Assembly (NCBI GenBank): GCA_964615185.1
Contig: CAZTOS010000004.1
Location: 1 to 59,369 of the forward strand
Direction: 5' to 3'
Length of the DNA stretch: 59,369 nt
DNA from: an uncultured Thermococci archaeon
GTDB lineage: Archaea > Methanobacteriota_B > Thermococci > Thermococcales > Thermococcaceae
Below the pieces are notes generated by a model that saw only the letters and a list, made by a program, of their open reading frames with translations, had not been told where the DNA came from and did not search any database. Within the stretch, counting starts at the first letter, position 1. The number at the start of each line of letters is the position of its first letter. Shown here in pieces: positions 42,134 through 52,634 of the stretch. A program made the position numbers and the translations under genes.

Positions 42134-42714
42134 TCCTCAATGTCCCCCTTAATTTTTTCTCCTGCTTTTTCCCTGTTAAGGGTTTCAACATCAATCCAGT
42201 GCACATACAAATATGTTTCTCCAAGCTTCTTTGAGACATCCAGTGTCAATGTACCGGGAGTTAAAGTTATTGAGTTTGCTAATATAGCAACTCCTGTATC
42301 TGAGCGCAGATCTGTCTTTATTTTCACAATACCTGGCTTGATGTCCATGAAGATGACATTTTTCGCAACCTTTATGTTGCTTTCAATAAGACGAAAAGCC
42401 ATTATTATAAGATATTGAGGAGCGTACAGCAACAGAAAATAGATGATTTTCTCAATTAGGTGTCCTTTATGCCTAACATCCTCCATAAGCATGTCCCTCA
42501 TAAATGACGCAATAATTAGCGTTGCGATACCACCTATGACAAGATTATCTAAAGAGGTATTTGCCGTTATGACAATCCAAAAGGAAAACAATACTATCCA
42601 AGTTAACGTTATTCGCTCCCATACTGGGAGTTTTTGAGCCTCATAACTTTCATAGAGGACTCTCTTCTGAACTTCTTCTAATCTCTCTTTAAGGTAGAAG
42701 GGGATTCTACTCAT
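42109..42714 (-). CDS. mnhE: Mrp subunit E (MbhA-like)
   Basis: PGIVKI, LANSITLTPGTLT, LYVHWID. Confidence 0.9.
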   Translation of the reverse strand: MSRIPFYLKERLEEVQKRVLYESYEAQKLPVWERITLTWIVLFSFWIVITANTSLDNLVIGGIATLIIASFMRDMLMEDVRHKGHLIEKIIYFLLLYAPQYLIIMAFRLIESNIKVAKNVIFMDIKPGIVKIKTDLRSDTGVAILANSITLTPGTLTLDVSKKLGETYLYVHWIDVETLNREKAGEKIKGDIEEWLKKIFW

Positions 42715-42853
42715 AGTTTAATATTCGTTTTTGAAGGTTATAACCCTTTTTGCAGATTTTAACAGAGACTTTCCAGACAGGGAACTGTCCAAAATTATGT
42801 CTCCTCAAATTTACTCCTTTAATTTTAACCCTTTGGTTAAAAACTCCTTTTTG

Positions 42854-42870
42854 GTTTTCAACTTTAGGTT
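42854..42870. promoter_or_regulatory. SurR site upstream of the hypF promoter
   Basis: GTT-TTC-AAC-TTTAG-GTT is an exact long motif just 5' of GAAAGATATAAAT; a short GTT-AAA-AAC also lies at 42836-42844. Confidence 0.7.
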
Positions 42871-42918
42871 TTGGAAAGATATAAATTAGTTTTTTCAAAG
42901 TTAGACATAGGGGAGAAG

Positions 42919-45231
42919 ATGAAGGGGTATCATATTCACGTTGAAGGCATAGTTCAAGGGGTTGGATTTCGACCTTTCGTTTATAGGATAGCCCATAAAC
43001 ACAATTTAAGGGGCTATGTTAAAAACCTTGGAGATGCTGGAGTTGAAATCGTTGTTGAAGGAGAAAAACGTGATATTGAAGCTTTTCTCCATGATTTAAA
43101 GTACAAAGCCCCTCCACTTGCTAAAGTTGAAAAAATTAAGAAAAAAGAGATACCCCCTCAAGGATTCGACAGCTTTTACATAGAAAAAAGCTCCGAAGGT
43201 GGCTCTGGTGGAGATTCAATAATTCCTCCTGACGTTTCAATTTGTGAAGACTGTGTTAGAGAGCTTTTTGACCCAACCAATAAGAGGTATATGTATCCAT
43301 TCATTGTGTGTACAAACTGCGGACCAAGGTTCACCATAATTGAAGACCTACCCTATGACCGCACCAATACGACAATGAGAGAGTTTGAGATGTGTGAATT
43401 CTGTGAGAGCGAGTATAAAGACCCGCTAAACAGAAGATATCATGCCGAACCAGTCTGCTGCCCTGTTTGTGGGCCATCTTACAGGCTCTACACAAGAGAT
43501 GGGGAGGAAATCATCGGAGATCCAATAAAAAAGACGGCTGAGCTGATTGATAGAGGATACATCGTGGCAATCAAGGGGATTGGCGGAATACACATTGCTT
43601 GCGACGCAACGAATGAAGATGTTGTTGAAGAACTGAGGAGGAGAATCCTAAGACCCCAGCAGCCTTTTGCTTTAATGGCAAAAGACTTAGAAACCATTGA
43701 GAGCTTTGCTATAGTTAGTGACGCTGAGAAAGAGGAGCTTTTGAGCTACAGGAAACCAATAGTTGTGCTGAGAAAGAAAGAACCTTTCCCGCTTCCAGAG
43801 GCTTTAGCTCCGGGTCTGCACACGATAGGTGTCATGCTTCCATATTCCGGCATTCATTACTTACTCTTCCACTACTCAAAGAGCCCCGTTTATGTCATGA
43901 CCTCCGCAAACTATCCTGGCCTGCCGATGGTCAAAGATAATGATAAAGCTTTCAAAGAGCTCAAAGATTTGGCCGATTACTTCCTCCTCCATAATAGAAA
44001 AATCCTCAACAGATGTGATGACAGTGTAATAAGGTTTGTAGATGGAAAAAGAGCAGTCATTAGAAGGAGCAGAGGTTTTGTGCCTCTGCCGATAGACATT
44101 CCATTTGAGTTCACTGGCCTAGCTGTTGGTGCAGAGCTCTTAAATGCCTTCGGCTTTGCCAAGAATGGAAGGATTTACCCAGGTCAGTATATAGGCAACA
44201 CTTCAAAAGTAGAAGTTCTTGAGTTCATGCGCGAAGCCATAGCACATTTCCGCAAAATTTTGAGGATTAAAAACCTCGACTTGGTCATATCGGACTTACA
44301 TCCCCTCTACAACACAACAAAACTCGCCATGGAGATAGCTGAAAATGAAGGAGTTGAGTTTCTGCAAGTACAACACCACTATGCGCACATAGCTTCAGTG
44401 ATGGCAGAGAACAAACTAGATGAAATAATCGGAATAGCTGTTGATGGTGTCGGATATGGGGTTGACGGCAACACTTGGGGAGGAGAAGTCATCTACATGA
44501 GTTATGAAGATGTGGAAAGATTAGCACATATTGATTACTACCCACTTCCTGGAGGAGATCTGGCAAGCTACTATCCCCTTAGAGCTTTGATGGGCATTTT
44601 AAGTAAAATATACGACATAGAAGAAGTCAAGGAAATTATTCAAAGATGCTGTCCAAAAGCCGTTGAGGGCCTAAAATATGGCAAAGTTGAGTTCAATGTA
44701 ATCCTAAATCAGCTCGCGAGAGAGATAAACGTCAGCTATGCATCTTCAACAGGAAGAGTCCTTGATGCTTTTGCCGTTATGCTGAACGTCGCCTACAGGA
44801 GAACATACGAAGGAGAACCAGCCATGAAGCTTGAGAGCTTTGCATTCAGAGGTAAAAACGATTTAGGATTTAGTATTCCGATTGATGGAGAGAAGATTAA
44901 AGTTGAAGAGCTGTTCAGGCAAGCCCTTGAAGTGAACGCAAATCCCGCAGACATTGCTTACTCCGTCCACTTAGCCCTTGGAAGAGCTTTTGGAGAAATA
45001 GCAGTTGAAAAAGCAAAGGAATTTGGAGTGAAAAGCATTGGAATAAGCGGTGGTGTTGCATACAACGAGCTGATAGTCAAAACCGTAAGAAAAATCGTTG
45101 AAAGAAACGGGCTGAAGTTTTATGTCACTCAGGAAGTTCCCAGAGGGGACAACGGCATAAACGTTGGACAAGCATTTTTGGGCGGACTTTACTTGGAGGG
45201 ATACTTAAGCAAGGAGGATCTAATGCTTTAA
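42919..45231 (+). CDS. hypF: [NiFe]-hydrogenase maturation carbamoyltransferase HypF
   Basis: GIVQGVGFRPFVY, Zn fingers, KGIGG, QHHYAH, DGVGYG, GDNGINVGQ; RBS before ATG 42919. Confidence 0.97.
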   Translation: MKGYHIHVEGIVQGVGFRPFVYRIAHKHNLRGYVKNLGDAGVEIVVEGEKRDIEAFLHDLKYKAPPLAKVEKIKKKEIPPQGFDSFYIEKSSEGGSGGDSIIPPDVSICEDCVRELFDPTNKRYMYPFIVCTNCGPRFTIIEDLPYDRTNTTMREFEMCEFCESEYKDPLNRRYHAEPVCCPVCGPSYRLYTRDGEEIIGDPIKKTAELIDRGYIVAIKGIGGIHIACDATNEDVVEELRRRILRPQQPFALMAKDLETIESFAIVSDAEKEELLSYRKPIVVLRKKEPFPLPEALAPGLHTIGVMLPYSGIHYLLFHYSKSPVYVMTSANYPGLPMVKDNDKAFKELKDLADYFLLHNRKILNRCDDSVIRFVDGKRAVIRRSRGFVPLPIDIPFEFTGLAVGAELLNAFGFAKNGRIYPGQYIGNTSKVEVLEFMREAIAHFRKILRIKNLDLVISDLHPLYNTTKLAMEIAENEGVEFLQVQHHYAHIASVMAENKLDEIIGIAVDGVGYGVDGNTWGGEVIYMSYEDVERLAHIDYYPLPGGDLASYYPLRALMGILSKIYDIEEVKEIIQRCCPKAVEGLKYGKVEFNVILNQLAREINVSYASSTGRVLDAFAVMLNVAYRRTYEGEPAMKLESFAFRGKNDLGFSIPIDGEKIKVEELFRQALEVNANPADIAYSVHLALGRAFGEIAVEKAKEFGVKSIGISGGVAYNELIVKTVRKIVERNGLKFYVTQEVPRGDNGINVGQAFLGGLYLEGYLSKEDLML

Positions 45232-45272
45232 TTTATGGTGTTCCGCAGACTGTCCAAACATTTATAAATATA

Positions 45273-46568
45273 GTGGACTATCTACAGAACATGATAGAAA
45301 AGGAAATATGGGGAAGAATAGTCAAAGATCACCTTGACTTTCATATACAGGTTATCGAGAGAGATATACTTGTCAAATTCCCAAAAACGCCAAGAGCAGT
45401 TTCTATAATCGGTCCAAGGAGAGCTGGTAAAACGTATTTCATGTTCCAAATTATAAACCAGCTACTTTCCCAGGGGCTACCAAAGGAGAAAACCGTTTAC
45501 GTGAATTTTGAAGATCCTCGATTAGTTGGTGCAGAGGTCAACGACCTCTTGACCTTCCTTGATGTGTATTATGAAATGTTCCCCGAAAATGCTAAGGAGC
45601 AGTGCTACTTTTTCCTTGATGAAGTTCAGAATGTGGAGGGCTGGGAAAGATTTGTCAGGTTCCTCCTTGATAGAAACCAGCGTGTCGTGGTTTCAGGCTC
45701 CTCTTCAAAACTCATGTCAAAAGAAATTGCAACGTCCCTAAGGGGGAGGAGTTTGAGGATAAAAGTTTACCCCTTTTCATTCAGAGAAATTCTCAAAGCC
45801 AACGGTATCAAAGCTGGGAAGTTCTATTCGACTTATGAAAACGCCAAGATAAACAAGCTTGTCCGCGAGTATCTGCACTGGGGAGGATACCCAGAGGTCA
45901 TCCTAAATCCCCATCTACGGGCTGAAATTCTAAAGGAGATAATTGACATGACCATTTACCGTGATATAGTTGAGAGATGGAAGGTCGAAAACCTAAAAGC
46001 CTTGAGGCTCCTCCTTAAAATGCTGGCGTTTTCGTCTCATCTCTCGGCATCGAGGGCATACCGCAATCTAAAGAGTCTTGGCATCGGAGTTGGGAAAGCA
46101 ACCATAGCCAATTACCTTGAGTACTTCTCTGACTCAATGGTACTTTATCCTCTGAAGCCCTACGTGAAGTCATACAAGCTGCAGGAGCAAATGGGGTTTA
46201 AGCCTTATCTTGTCGATAATGGACTGCTCAGAGTGATGGGTGTCGAGGATGAAAGCAGACTCTTGGAAAACCTCGTCTTTGCAGAGCTGCTTAAGAAAGG
46301 GTATGAGTCCAATGAAGAGCTGTTTTACTACGTGACAAGAAACGGACATGAGGTTGATTTTGCAATCAAAGGCGAGGAGCTCATCCAAGTTACTGCGGAG
46401 CTTAATGAGAACAATCATGAAAGGGAAGTCAAAGCTTTAATTGAGGCAGGCAGAGAGCTTGGCATCAGAAAGCTGACAATTATAACACTGAACCAAGACG
46501 ATGTTATAAAGAGGAGGGGAAAGGAGGTAAAGGTTATCAGCCTGAAGAGATGGCTGTTGAATCTTTAA
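45273..46568 (+). CDS. AAA_14/DUF4143-type ATPase
   Basis: GPRRAGKT, FLDEVQ, GGYPE, ENLVF, EVDF...IQV. Confidence 0.9.
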   Translation: MDYLQNMIEKEIWGRIVKDHLDFHIQVIERDILVKFPKTPRAVSIIGPRRAGKTYFMFQIINQLLSQGLPKEKTVYVNFEDPRLVGAEVNDLLTFLDVYYEMFPENAKEQCYFFLDEVQNVEGWERFVRFLLDRNQRVVVSGSSSKLMSKEIATSLRGRSLRIKVYPFSFREILKANGIKAGKFYSTYENAKINKLVREYLHWGGYPEVILNPHLRAEILKEIIDMTIYRDIVERWKVENLKALRLLLKMLAFSSHLSASRAYRNLKSLGIGVGKATIANYLEYFSDSMVLYPLKPYVKSYKLQEQMGFKPYLVDNGLLRVMGVEDESRLLENLVFAELLKKGYESNEELFYYVTRNGHEVDFAIKGEELIQVTAELNENNHEREVKALIEAGRELGIRKLTIITLNQDDVIKRRGKEVKVISLKRWLLNL

Positions 46569-46847
46569 TTGAGTTTTGTTGCTGAGCACTGACGGACTGT
46601 ATGACCACGTGATAGGGAGATACGGGGATGTGTAAGACCTGAAGAACATCGAGAAAATCCTGAAGGAGCCAATTAGTCATGTTGGTAATTGTGCTCTCTT
46701 TTTACAGATTATGTCAAGGTAGGAATAGACTACTACTGGGCTAAATCCCAATAATGCAAGGATGAAAACTTCTATATAATTTATTAGTAGCAAAGATCAA
46801 AAACACAACACAAAGTTGATTAAACCCCATGGGATAGAAAAGGATGG

Positions 46848-47867
46848 GTGACCAAAATGAAAATTAAACTCGAACATGGAGCCGGTGGAGAGCTAATGGA
46901 AGAGTTCATCAAAGACTTCATCTTAAAGAACTTAAGCTTAAAATCGGCGGGAGGGGTTGGATTGGAAGCTTTAGATGATGGTGCAACAATTCCTTTTGGA
47001 GACAAGCACATAGTTTTCACAATTGACGGACACACAGTTAAGCCTATCTTTTTCCCGGGTGGAGACATTGGAAGATTGGCTGTCAGCGGAACAGTTAATG
47101 ACCTGGCAGTGATGGGAGCAAAGCCCTTAGCTTTGGCAAATTCCATGATAATTCAAGAGGGATTCAGCAGTGAAAATTTTGAGAGAATTTTACAGTCAAT
47201 GGATAAAACTGCCAAAGAGGTTCCAGTTCCGATAGTTACGGGAGATACAAAGGTGGTTGAAGACAAGATTGGAATCTTTGTGATTACAGCTGGACTTGGG
47301 ATAGCTGAGAGAATCATCACGGATTCTGGAGCAAATATTGGAGATGTCGTTTTAGTTAGCGGAACGGTTGGAGATCACGGAATAGCAATAATGAGCCACC
47401 GTGAAGGAATAGCATTTGAAACTGAGCTCAAAAGTGATGTTGCACCAATTTGGGAAATCGTGAAAGCGGTTGCCGATGCAATTGGATGGGAGAATATTCA
47501 CGCGATGAAGGATCCTACGAGAGGTGGACTGAGCAACGCCTTAAATGAAATAGCGAAGAAAAGCAACGTTGGGATTCTCGTAAGAGAAAGCGATATTCCG
47601 GTAAAGCCAGAAGTTAGAGCAGCAAGTGACATGCTTGGAATAAGCCCCTATGAAGTTGCAAATGAGGGCAAGGTTGTTATGGTTGTTGCAAGGGAGTATG
47701 CTGAAGAAGCACTTGAAGCCATGAGAAAGACAAAGAGAGGAAAAGATGCCGCAATGATTGGAGAGGTTATCGCTGAATATAAAGGTAAAGTTATATTGGA
47801 GACTGGGATTGGCGGCAAAAGGTTCATGGAGCCTCCCATTGGAGATCCTGTGCCAAGAGTTTGCTAA
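46848..47867 (+). CDS. hypE: Hydrogenase maturation protein HypE
   Basis: HGAGG, FPGGDIGRLAVSGTVND, DPTRGG, C-terminal PRVC. Confidence 0.97.
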   Translation: MTKMKIKLEHGAGGELMEEFIKDFILKNLSLKSAGGVGLEALDDGATIPFGDKHIVFTIDGHTVKPIFFPGGDIGRLAVSGTVNDLAVMGAKPLALANSMIIQEGFSSENFERILQSMDKTAKEVPVPIVTGDTKVVEDKIGIFVITAGLGIAERIITDSGANIGDVVLVSGTVGDHGIAIMSHREGIAFETELKSDVAPIWEIVKAVADAIGWENIHAMKDPTRGGLSNALNEIAKKSNVGILVRESDIPVKPEVRAASDMLGISPYEVANEGKVVMVVAREYAEEALEAMRKTKRGKDAAMIGEVIAEYKGKVILETGIGGKRFMEPPIGDPVPRVC

Positions 47868-48561
47868 TGCACCCCCACAATTCCTCTATTTGCGGAACTA
47901 TCTCTACTTCTTTACCCTCCAAACTGTCATAAATGAACTTCTGATTGAATGGAATGACCACATCGGGCTTAACATTAACTTTGTCCAAAATTTCCGGTAA
48001 AGCCTTATTTAGAACAAAAATATGCTTTAAGCCAGCTTTTTCGGTCAATTTTTCAATCTTTCTTGAAAGCTCAATTGACTCCAAATTTGGCTCTGCAACA
48101 TTCACTATAACATCAACTTCCAAGTCTATTCCTCTCCCAAAATGCTCTATTCCAGCTTCGGTATCAACCAAGACAATTTCTCCTTTCTTTGGTTGTAAAT
48201 TTTTTAGAAATTTCTTTGCTAGGACCCCATATGGACAGGCGCATCCTTCGCCAGGTTCTTCAATCTTACCAATGCTCATCACACTTAAGTTTTCTCTTTT
48301 TGAGAGAATTTCCTCTGGAATTTCCTCAAAGGTCTTGGGCAGTTCTGGATTATTTAGAATCGCTTTTACCTGCTTCTTTCCACCTAAATATTCCGCCAAA
48401 GTTTTTGTCTTGGACAAGCCTAACATTCTGTATAAGCCGGGATTAGACTCATCTGCATCCACTATTAGGACTCTATAACCCTTATTCGCTAAGTGCTTCC
48501 CAAGCATTGCTGTAATTGTACTTTTCCCACAACCACCTTTTCCGCATATTAAAATCTTCAT
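47824..48561 (-). CDS. cooC: CooC-like nickel-insertion ATPase
   Basis: GKGGCGKS, GCACP, DTEAGIEHFGRG. Confidence 0.88.
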   Translation of the reverse strand: MKILICGKGGCGKSTITAMLGKHLANKGYRVLIVDADESNPGLYRMLGLSKTKTLAEYLGGKKQVKAILNNPELPKTFEEIPEEILSKRENLSVMSIGKIEEPGEGCACPYGVLAKKFLKNLQPKKGEIVLVDTEAGIEHFGRGIDLEVDVIVNVAEPNLESIELSRKIEKLTEKAGLKHIFVLNKALPEILDKVNVKPDVVIPFNQKFIYDSLEGKEVEIVPQIEELWGCISKLLAQDLQWEAP

Positions 48562-48840
48562 TACTATCTCACCAAACTCAAAACAAGTAACCTGATTTAT
48601 AACACTTTCTTGATAATTAGTATTACATGTGCATATGCATATGAAGAATTCAACAATTTGCTCGGGGATTAATTATGAGACTTCATAAAAGAGCATGGAG
48701 ACGAACTTGTCCTGGCTTATGGTATGGGAAGAAGAACAATGACATACTTCTAAAGCTTGGGAATACAGGTAATTACAGGGGCACATGGGAAAAATAGAAG
48801 ATGTTGTTAAGGATTTCATGCAAAGAGAGGGACAGAAACT

Positions 48841-49317
48841 TTACTTATTTTTAAAACACTCCGCTTCCTCTTCTTCCATTTTGATGATTTTTGAAAGCAC
48901 ACATTCAAGTGCATTAAGATCAGAGAGAATTTCTTCAAATCTTACTTTCTGCTCAAAGGATTGCCCCCTCTTCATCAGAATAGAGACTATATTCTTAAGG
49001 GGTTTTACCTCCTTTTCAAGAATTTCTTTGGGTTGCTTTAGGAACTTCTCGAGAAATGCGGGGATAGGATAAAACAACTTCGTTTTGCCACTCTTTCTAA
49101 CGATTACAAGATAATCCCGAGCAAGTTTGTTTAAGGATGTAGAGACTGAAGAACGACTTAAACCTGTCAATTGCACAAGCTCGTTTATTGTAAGGGGTTT
49201 TTCATTCAATAGAAGGAGGGCATATACTTTACCGTCAGTGTGAGTGTAGCCCCATCTTATCATCATCCTTTCAACGATTTCAATGAACTTTTTACTTTCT
49301 CTATCCCCTCCCCTCAT
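48841..49317 (-). CDS. GbsR/MarR-like transcriptional regulator
   Basis: WGYTHTDGKVYALL, TGLSRSSVSTSLNKL. Confidence 0.85.
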   Translation of the reverse strand: MRGGDRESKKFIEIVERMMIRWGYTHTDGKVYALLLLNEKPLTINELVQLTGLSRSSVSTSLNKLARDYLVIVRKSGKTKLFYPIPAFLEKFLKQPKEILEKEVKPLKNIVSILMKRGQSFEQKVRFEEILSDLNALECVLSKIIKMEEEEAECFKNK

Positions 49318-49377
49318 CTTACAGACACCTAATAAAATAAGGTTGAAGGCCTATTTAAGCTTTTTTCATTTAAATTT

Positions 49378-49403
49378 GATATGACAGTTATAACAGTTAT
49401 ATC
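49378..49403. promoter_or_regulatory. Imperfect 26-bp palindrome between divergent promoters (candidate operator)
   Basis: GATATGACAGTTATAACAGTTATATC, next to GAAAATTTTATAC BRE/TATA. Confidence 0.55.
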
Positions 49404-49452
49404 GAAAATTTTATACAGGGAGATATTCAATCATATAATCGGGGGAGGAAAA

Positions 49453-51060
49453 ATGAAAGGTAGTAGTAAGAATGAGGGAAATCAACTCACCACTGCGTTA
49501 AATGCATTCAAGCTTATCCTCGGAAACCCCCTCACAAGGGCACTCATACGGCCAAGCCTTAAAAAGTACAAAATCAACGGACGCGAGCTCCCAGCACTCT
49601 ACTGGGCTCTCAGCATTTATGCAGGTGAAAGCATAAACTGCCCACTCATGATACGCTTCCAAGCAGAGATTATAAAAACTCTCCTTAAACTCGGCATAAA
49701 AATTGCAAAGGGTGAGGAAGAAGCTGTTAAGGAAGCCCTTCTCCGGGATCCCCATATAAGACGTGGTATTTGGGTTGTCCTTGAGGGTATTGCGAGATAC
49801 GGAATTACAGTGCCTCAACGTTTAGCAGGACCATTTCTTATAGTGTGGAACTTCACCAATATGTGCAACTTCCGGTGCAAGCACTGCTACCAGAGGGCCG
49901 ATAGGCCTCTACCAAGTGAGCTCAACCTTGAAGAGAAGCTAAATCTCGTTGACCAGCTCGACAAAGCTGGTGTTGCGTCAGTTGCTTTAAGCGGCGGCGA
50001 GCCGACGATACACCCGCACTTCCTCAGAATAGTTAAAGAGCTTTCAAGCAGGGGGATACACACGTCGGTGGCAACCAACGGCTGGACGTTCGCGAAGAAG
50101 GAGGAGCTTGAGAAGGCGGTTAAAGCGGGAATAAAGTACGTCGAAGTCAGCGTCGATTCTGCAAAACCTGAAAAACACGACGAGTTCCGCGGGATTCCCG
50201 GGGCATGGGAGCATGCGATAAAGGCTCTTGAGAACGCCGTTGAGCTCGGAGTAAGCCATGGGATGGCAACGATAATGGACAAAGAGACGTTTCAGGAGAT
50301 AGACGACATCCTTGACCTCGCAGAGAGCATAGGAGTAAAGCGTGTCATCTTCTTCAACCTCGTGCCGACGGGAAGGGCTGAGGACATGGTCAAGGTCGAC
50401 CTCTCGCCAGAGGAGCGCGAGGAGTTCATGAAAGAAATCTACCGTCAGATGAAGAGGAGGAAGCTTGAGATACTCACGACGGCACCCCAGTACGCGAGAG
50501 TAACCCTGGTGATGAGCAGTGGAAAGGAGGTAACCCCTGCGCACTTCTACATTGGGGGGAACAACTCGGTAAGGACACTCGCAGAGTTCATCGGTGGTTG
50601 CGGAGCAGGGAGGATTTATGCGGGCATAGAGCCAGATGGAACTGTTGTTCCCTGTGTGTTCCTGCCACTTCCGGTCGGCAACGTCAGGAACAGGACCTTC
50701 AAAGAGATATGGGAAAATAGCAAGATATTCAACATCCTCCGCGACCGAGACAGCTGGGAAGGCCAGTGCGGCAACTGTCCATACAAATACATCTGCGGTG
50801 GTTGTCGTGCAAGGACCTACCACTACACGCTCGACTTAACAGGGGACGATCCAGGATGCATAATGAACAGACGAGTATGGGATGGTATCCTTAAACATAA
50901 AAAGACAAGAGGAATTACCGAGATAAATTGGGTTGATGAGAATGTTGCTATCCGTACCCCTCTGCTCTATTTCCCAAGCTATTATGAAACCCTTGAGATT
51001 GTTGGAGAAAAATCTCTTAAAAGCAATTGGGAAAAGAGAGTAAAGGAAATTCACGCCTAA
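49453..51060 (+). CDS. Radical SAM/SPASM protein with N-terminal extension
   Basis: CNFRCKHC, SGGEP, GCGAG, PCVF, CGNC...CGGCRAR...DPGC; GGGGGAGG RBS before ATG 49453. Confidence 0.9.
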   Translation: MKGSSKNEGNQLTTALNAFKLILGNPLTRALIRPSLKKYKINGRELPALYWALSIYAGESINCPLMIRFQAEIIKTLLKLGIKIAKGEEEAVKEALLRDPHIRRGIWVVLEGIARYGITVPQRLAGPFLIVWNFTNMCNFRCKHCYQRADRPLPSELNLEEKLNLVDQLDKAGVASVALSGGEPTIHPHFLRIVKELSSRGIHTSVATNGWTFAKKEELEKAVKAGIKYVEVSVDSAKPEKHDEFRGIPGAWEHAIKALENAVELGVSHGMATIMDKETFQEIDDILDLAESIGVKRVIFFNLVPTGRAEDMVKVDLSPEEREEFMKEIYRQMKRRKLEILTTAPQYARVTLVMSSGKEVTPAHFYIGGNNSVRTLAEFIGGCGAGRIYAGIEPDGTVVPCVFLPLPVGNVRNRTFKEIWENSKIFNILRDRDSWEGQCGNCPYKYICGGCRARTYHYTLDLTGDDPGCIMNRRVWDGILKHKKTRGITEINWVDENVAIRTPLLYFPSYYETLEIVGEKSLKSNWEKRVKEIHA

Positions 51061-51157
51061 TTTTCTCTCATTTTAATTTTCTTGGGAGTTTAAGAAAAAT
51101 ATTTAAAAATTTCATAACAAAATTTTCTCATGTGAAGAAAAAGACAGGTGAATAAAA

Positions 51158-52162
51158 ATGAAAATAAGTGTGAAAGATTTTGCGCCTTCTTGGTTTGCAA
51201 GTGTCATGGGGACTGGAGCACTTGCTCTGGTTAGTTTGGCATATTCAAGCAAAGTGTCAGCACTAAAAAGCGTTGCAGTTGGATTGACATATTTAAATAC
51301 AGCGTTGTTTTTCATTCTTTTAATCCCATGGAGTTTGAGATGGCTCAAATACAGAGAGGATGCCCTGGAGGATTTATATCACCCAGTAATCTGCCATTTT
51401 TATGGAACAATAGCAATAGCCCTGCTCATCCTCTCAGCTGATTATCTGCTGATATTAAAGAATCTCACACTTGCAAAGGCTTTCTGGCTGATAGGAATGC
51501 CCTTAACGATATTCTTCGCCTTTCTAATCCCATATCTGATGTTCATACAAGAGAAAATAGATATCAAGAACGTTACTCCAGCTTGGTTTATTCCGCCTGT
51601 TGGTTTAATCGTAATTCCTCTAAGTGGAGGTGCGTTGATACATACATTCTCTGGAATTTGGAAAGAGGTTATGGTATTCATAAACTACTTCTCATGGGGT
51701 GCCGGATTTTTCCTCTACTTAGCTCTCTTTGCAGTAGTTATGCACCGCTTCATTGCCCACGAGCCTTTACCCTGCGGAATTGCTCCAGCAATTTGGATTA
51801 ATCTTGGTCCTATTGGAGCAGGAACTTCAACATTATACATGCTCGTGAAGAATTCAGAGTTTATAACGACGAAAGAAGCTTTCTTCGTTTTTGGGCTGAT
51901 ATTCTGGGGCTTTGGTGTATGGTGGTTTGTAATGGCCGTTGTCTTGATGCTTCATTACATTAGAAAGCTCAATTTACCATACAGCTTGGCTTGGTGGGCG
52001 TTCATATTCCCACTTGGAGCTTATGTGAGTGCAACACATAATGTTGCCCTATCTTTTAACATAAACGTCATAGACAGCTTTGGATTTGCCCTTTACTGGC
52101 TTCTCTTTGCTCTATGGCTAATAACGGGAATTAAAACCCTAAAGCATGTTTTCGTTTCTTAA
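51158..52162 (+). CDS. TDT/SLAC1 family anion transporter
   Basis: PSWFASVMGTG, PAWFIPPVG, WWAFIFPLG. Confidence 0.9.
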   Translation: MKISVKDFAPSWFASVMGTGALALVSLAYSSKVSALKSVAVGLTYLNTALFFILLIPWSLRWLKYREDALEDLYHPVICHFYGTIAIALLILSADYLLILKNLTLAKAFWLIGMPLTIFFAFLIPYLMFIQEKIDIKNVTPAWFIPPVGLIVIPLSGGALIHTFSGIWKEVMVFINYFSWGAGFFLYLALFAVVMHRFIAHEPLPCGIAPAIWINLGPIGAGTSTLYMLVKNSEFITTKEAFFVFGLIFWGFGVWWFVMAVVLMLHYIRKLNLPYSLAWWAFIFPLGAYVSATHNVALSFNINVIDSFGFALYWLLFALWLITGIKTLKHVFVS

Positions 52163-52249
52163 TTCTTTTTTAATCCCCTAAGTAAGCCTCTTGTTATTAG
52201 CTCAACAACTTCTTCTGTTAGTCCTTTTGCCATTAGCTGAACCAGCTTC

Positions 52250-52490
52250 ATATCAAGTAGCTTCCTGCCATAGAAGGCTTATTCCACGCTTAACCCTTTT
52301 CCGAAACTTCAAGATTAGTTATATCCTCTCTATCAAGGATAACCTCCCCTCAGTTGGCTTTTTAACGCCCATTATGATGTGTGCAAGGGTAGATTTTCCA
52401 GCTCCATTTGGATCAAGGATAGAAGAGATACCTTCCCTAAACGTTATGTTTACATTCTCAATTTTTGTCTTCATAAGTCATGTTCCATAA
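52250..52490 (-). pseudogene. SufC-like ABC ATPase N-terminal remnant
   Basis: Minus frame ILDPNGAGKSTLAHIIMG, followed by frameshifted ILDREDITNLEVSE and truncation. Confidence 0.6.
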
Positions 52491-52559
52491 GCGGAGAATT
52501 TTCTATTGCCCAATCCTCTATCTATAGGATTTTAACGCTTTTTAAACAGTTTTGAGTAT

Positions 52560-52576
52560 AACTAAAGGTTTAAAAC
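52560..52576. promoter_or_regulatory. SurR site upstream of the dicluster ferredoxin gene
   Basis: AAC-TAAAG-GTT-TAA-AAC (long motif, reverse orientation) 5' of CTTTTAAAT. Confidence 0.65.
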
Positions 52577-52634
52577 TTTAAAGGGAGGAAAGACTTTTAA
52601 ATGAAACTATTTTCATCTGTAAGGGGGTGATAAC

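Noticed and set aside
46570..46800. Possible sRNA or gene between the ATPase and hypE
   Set aside because: Only a short coding-like relic; no box motifs or complete ORF
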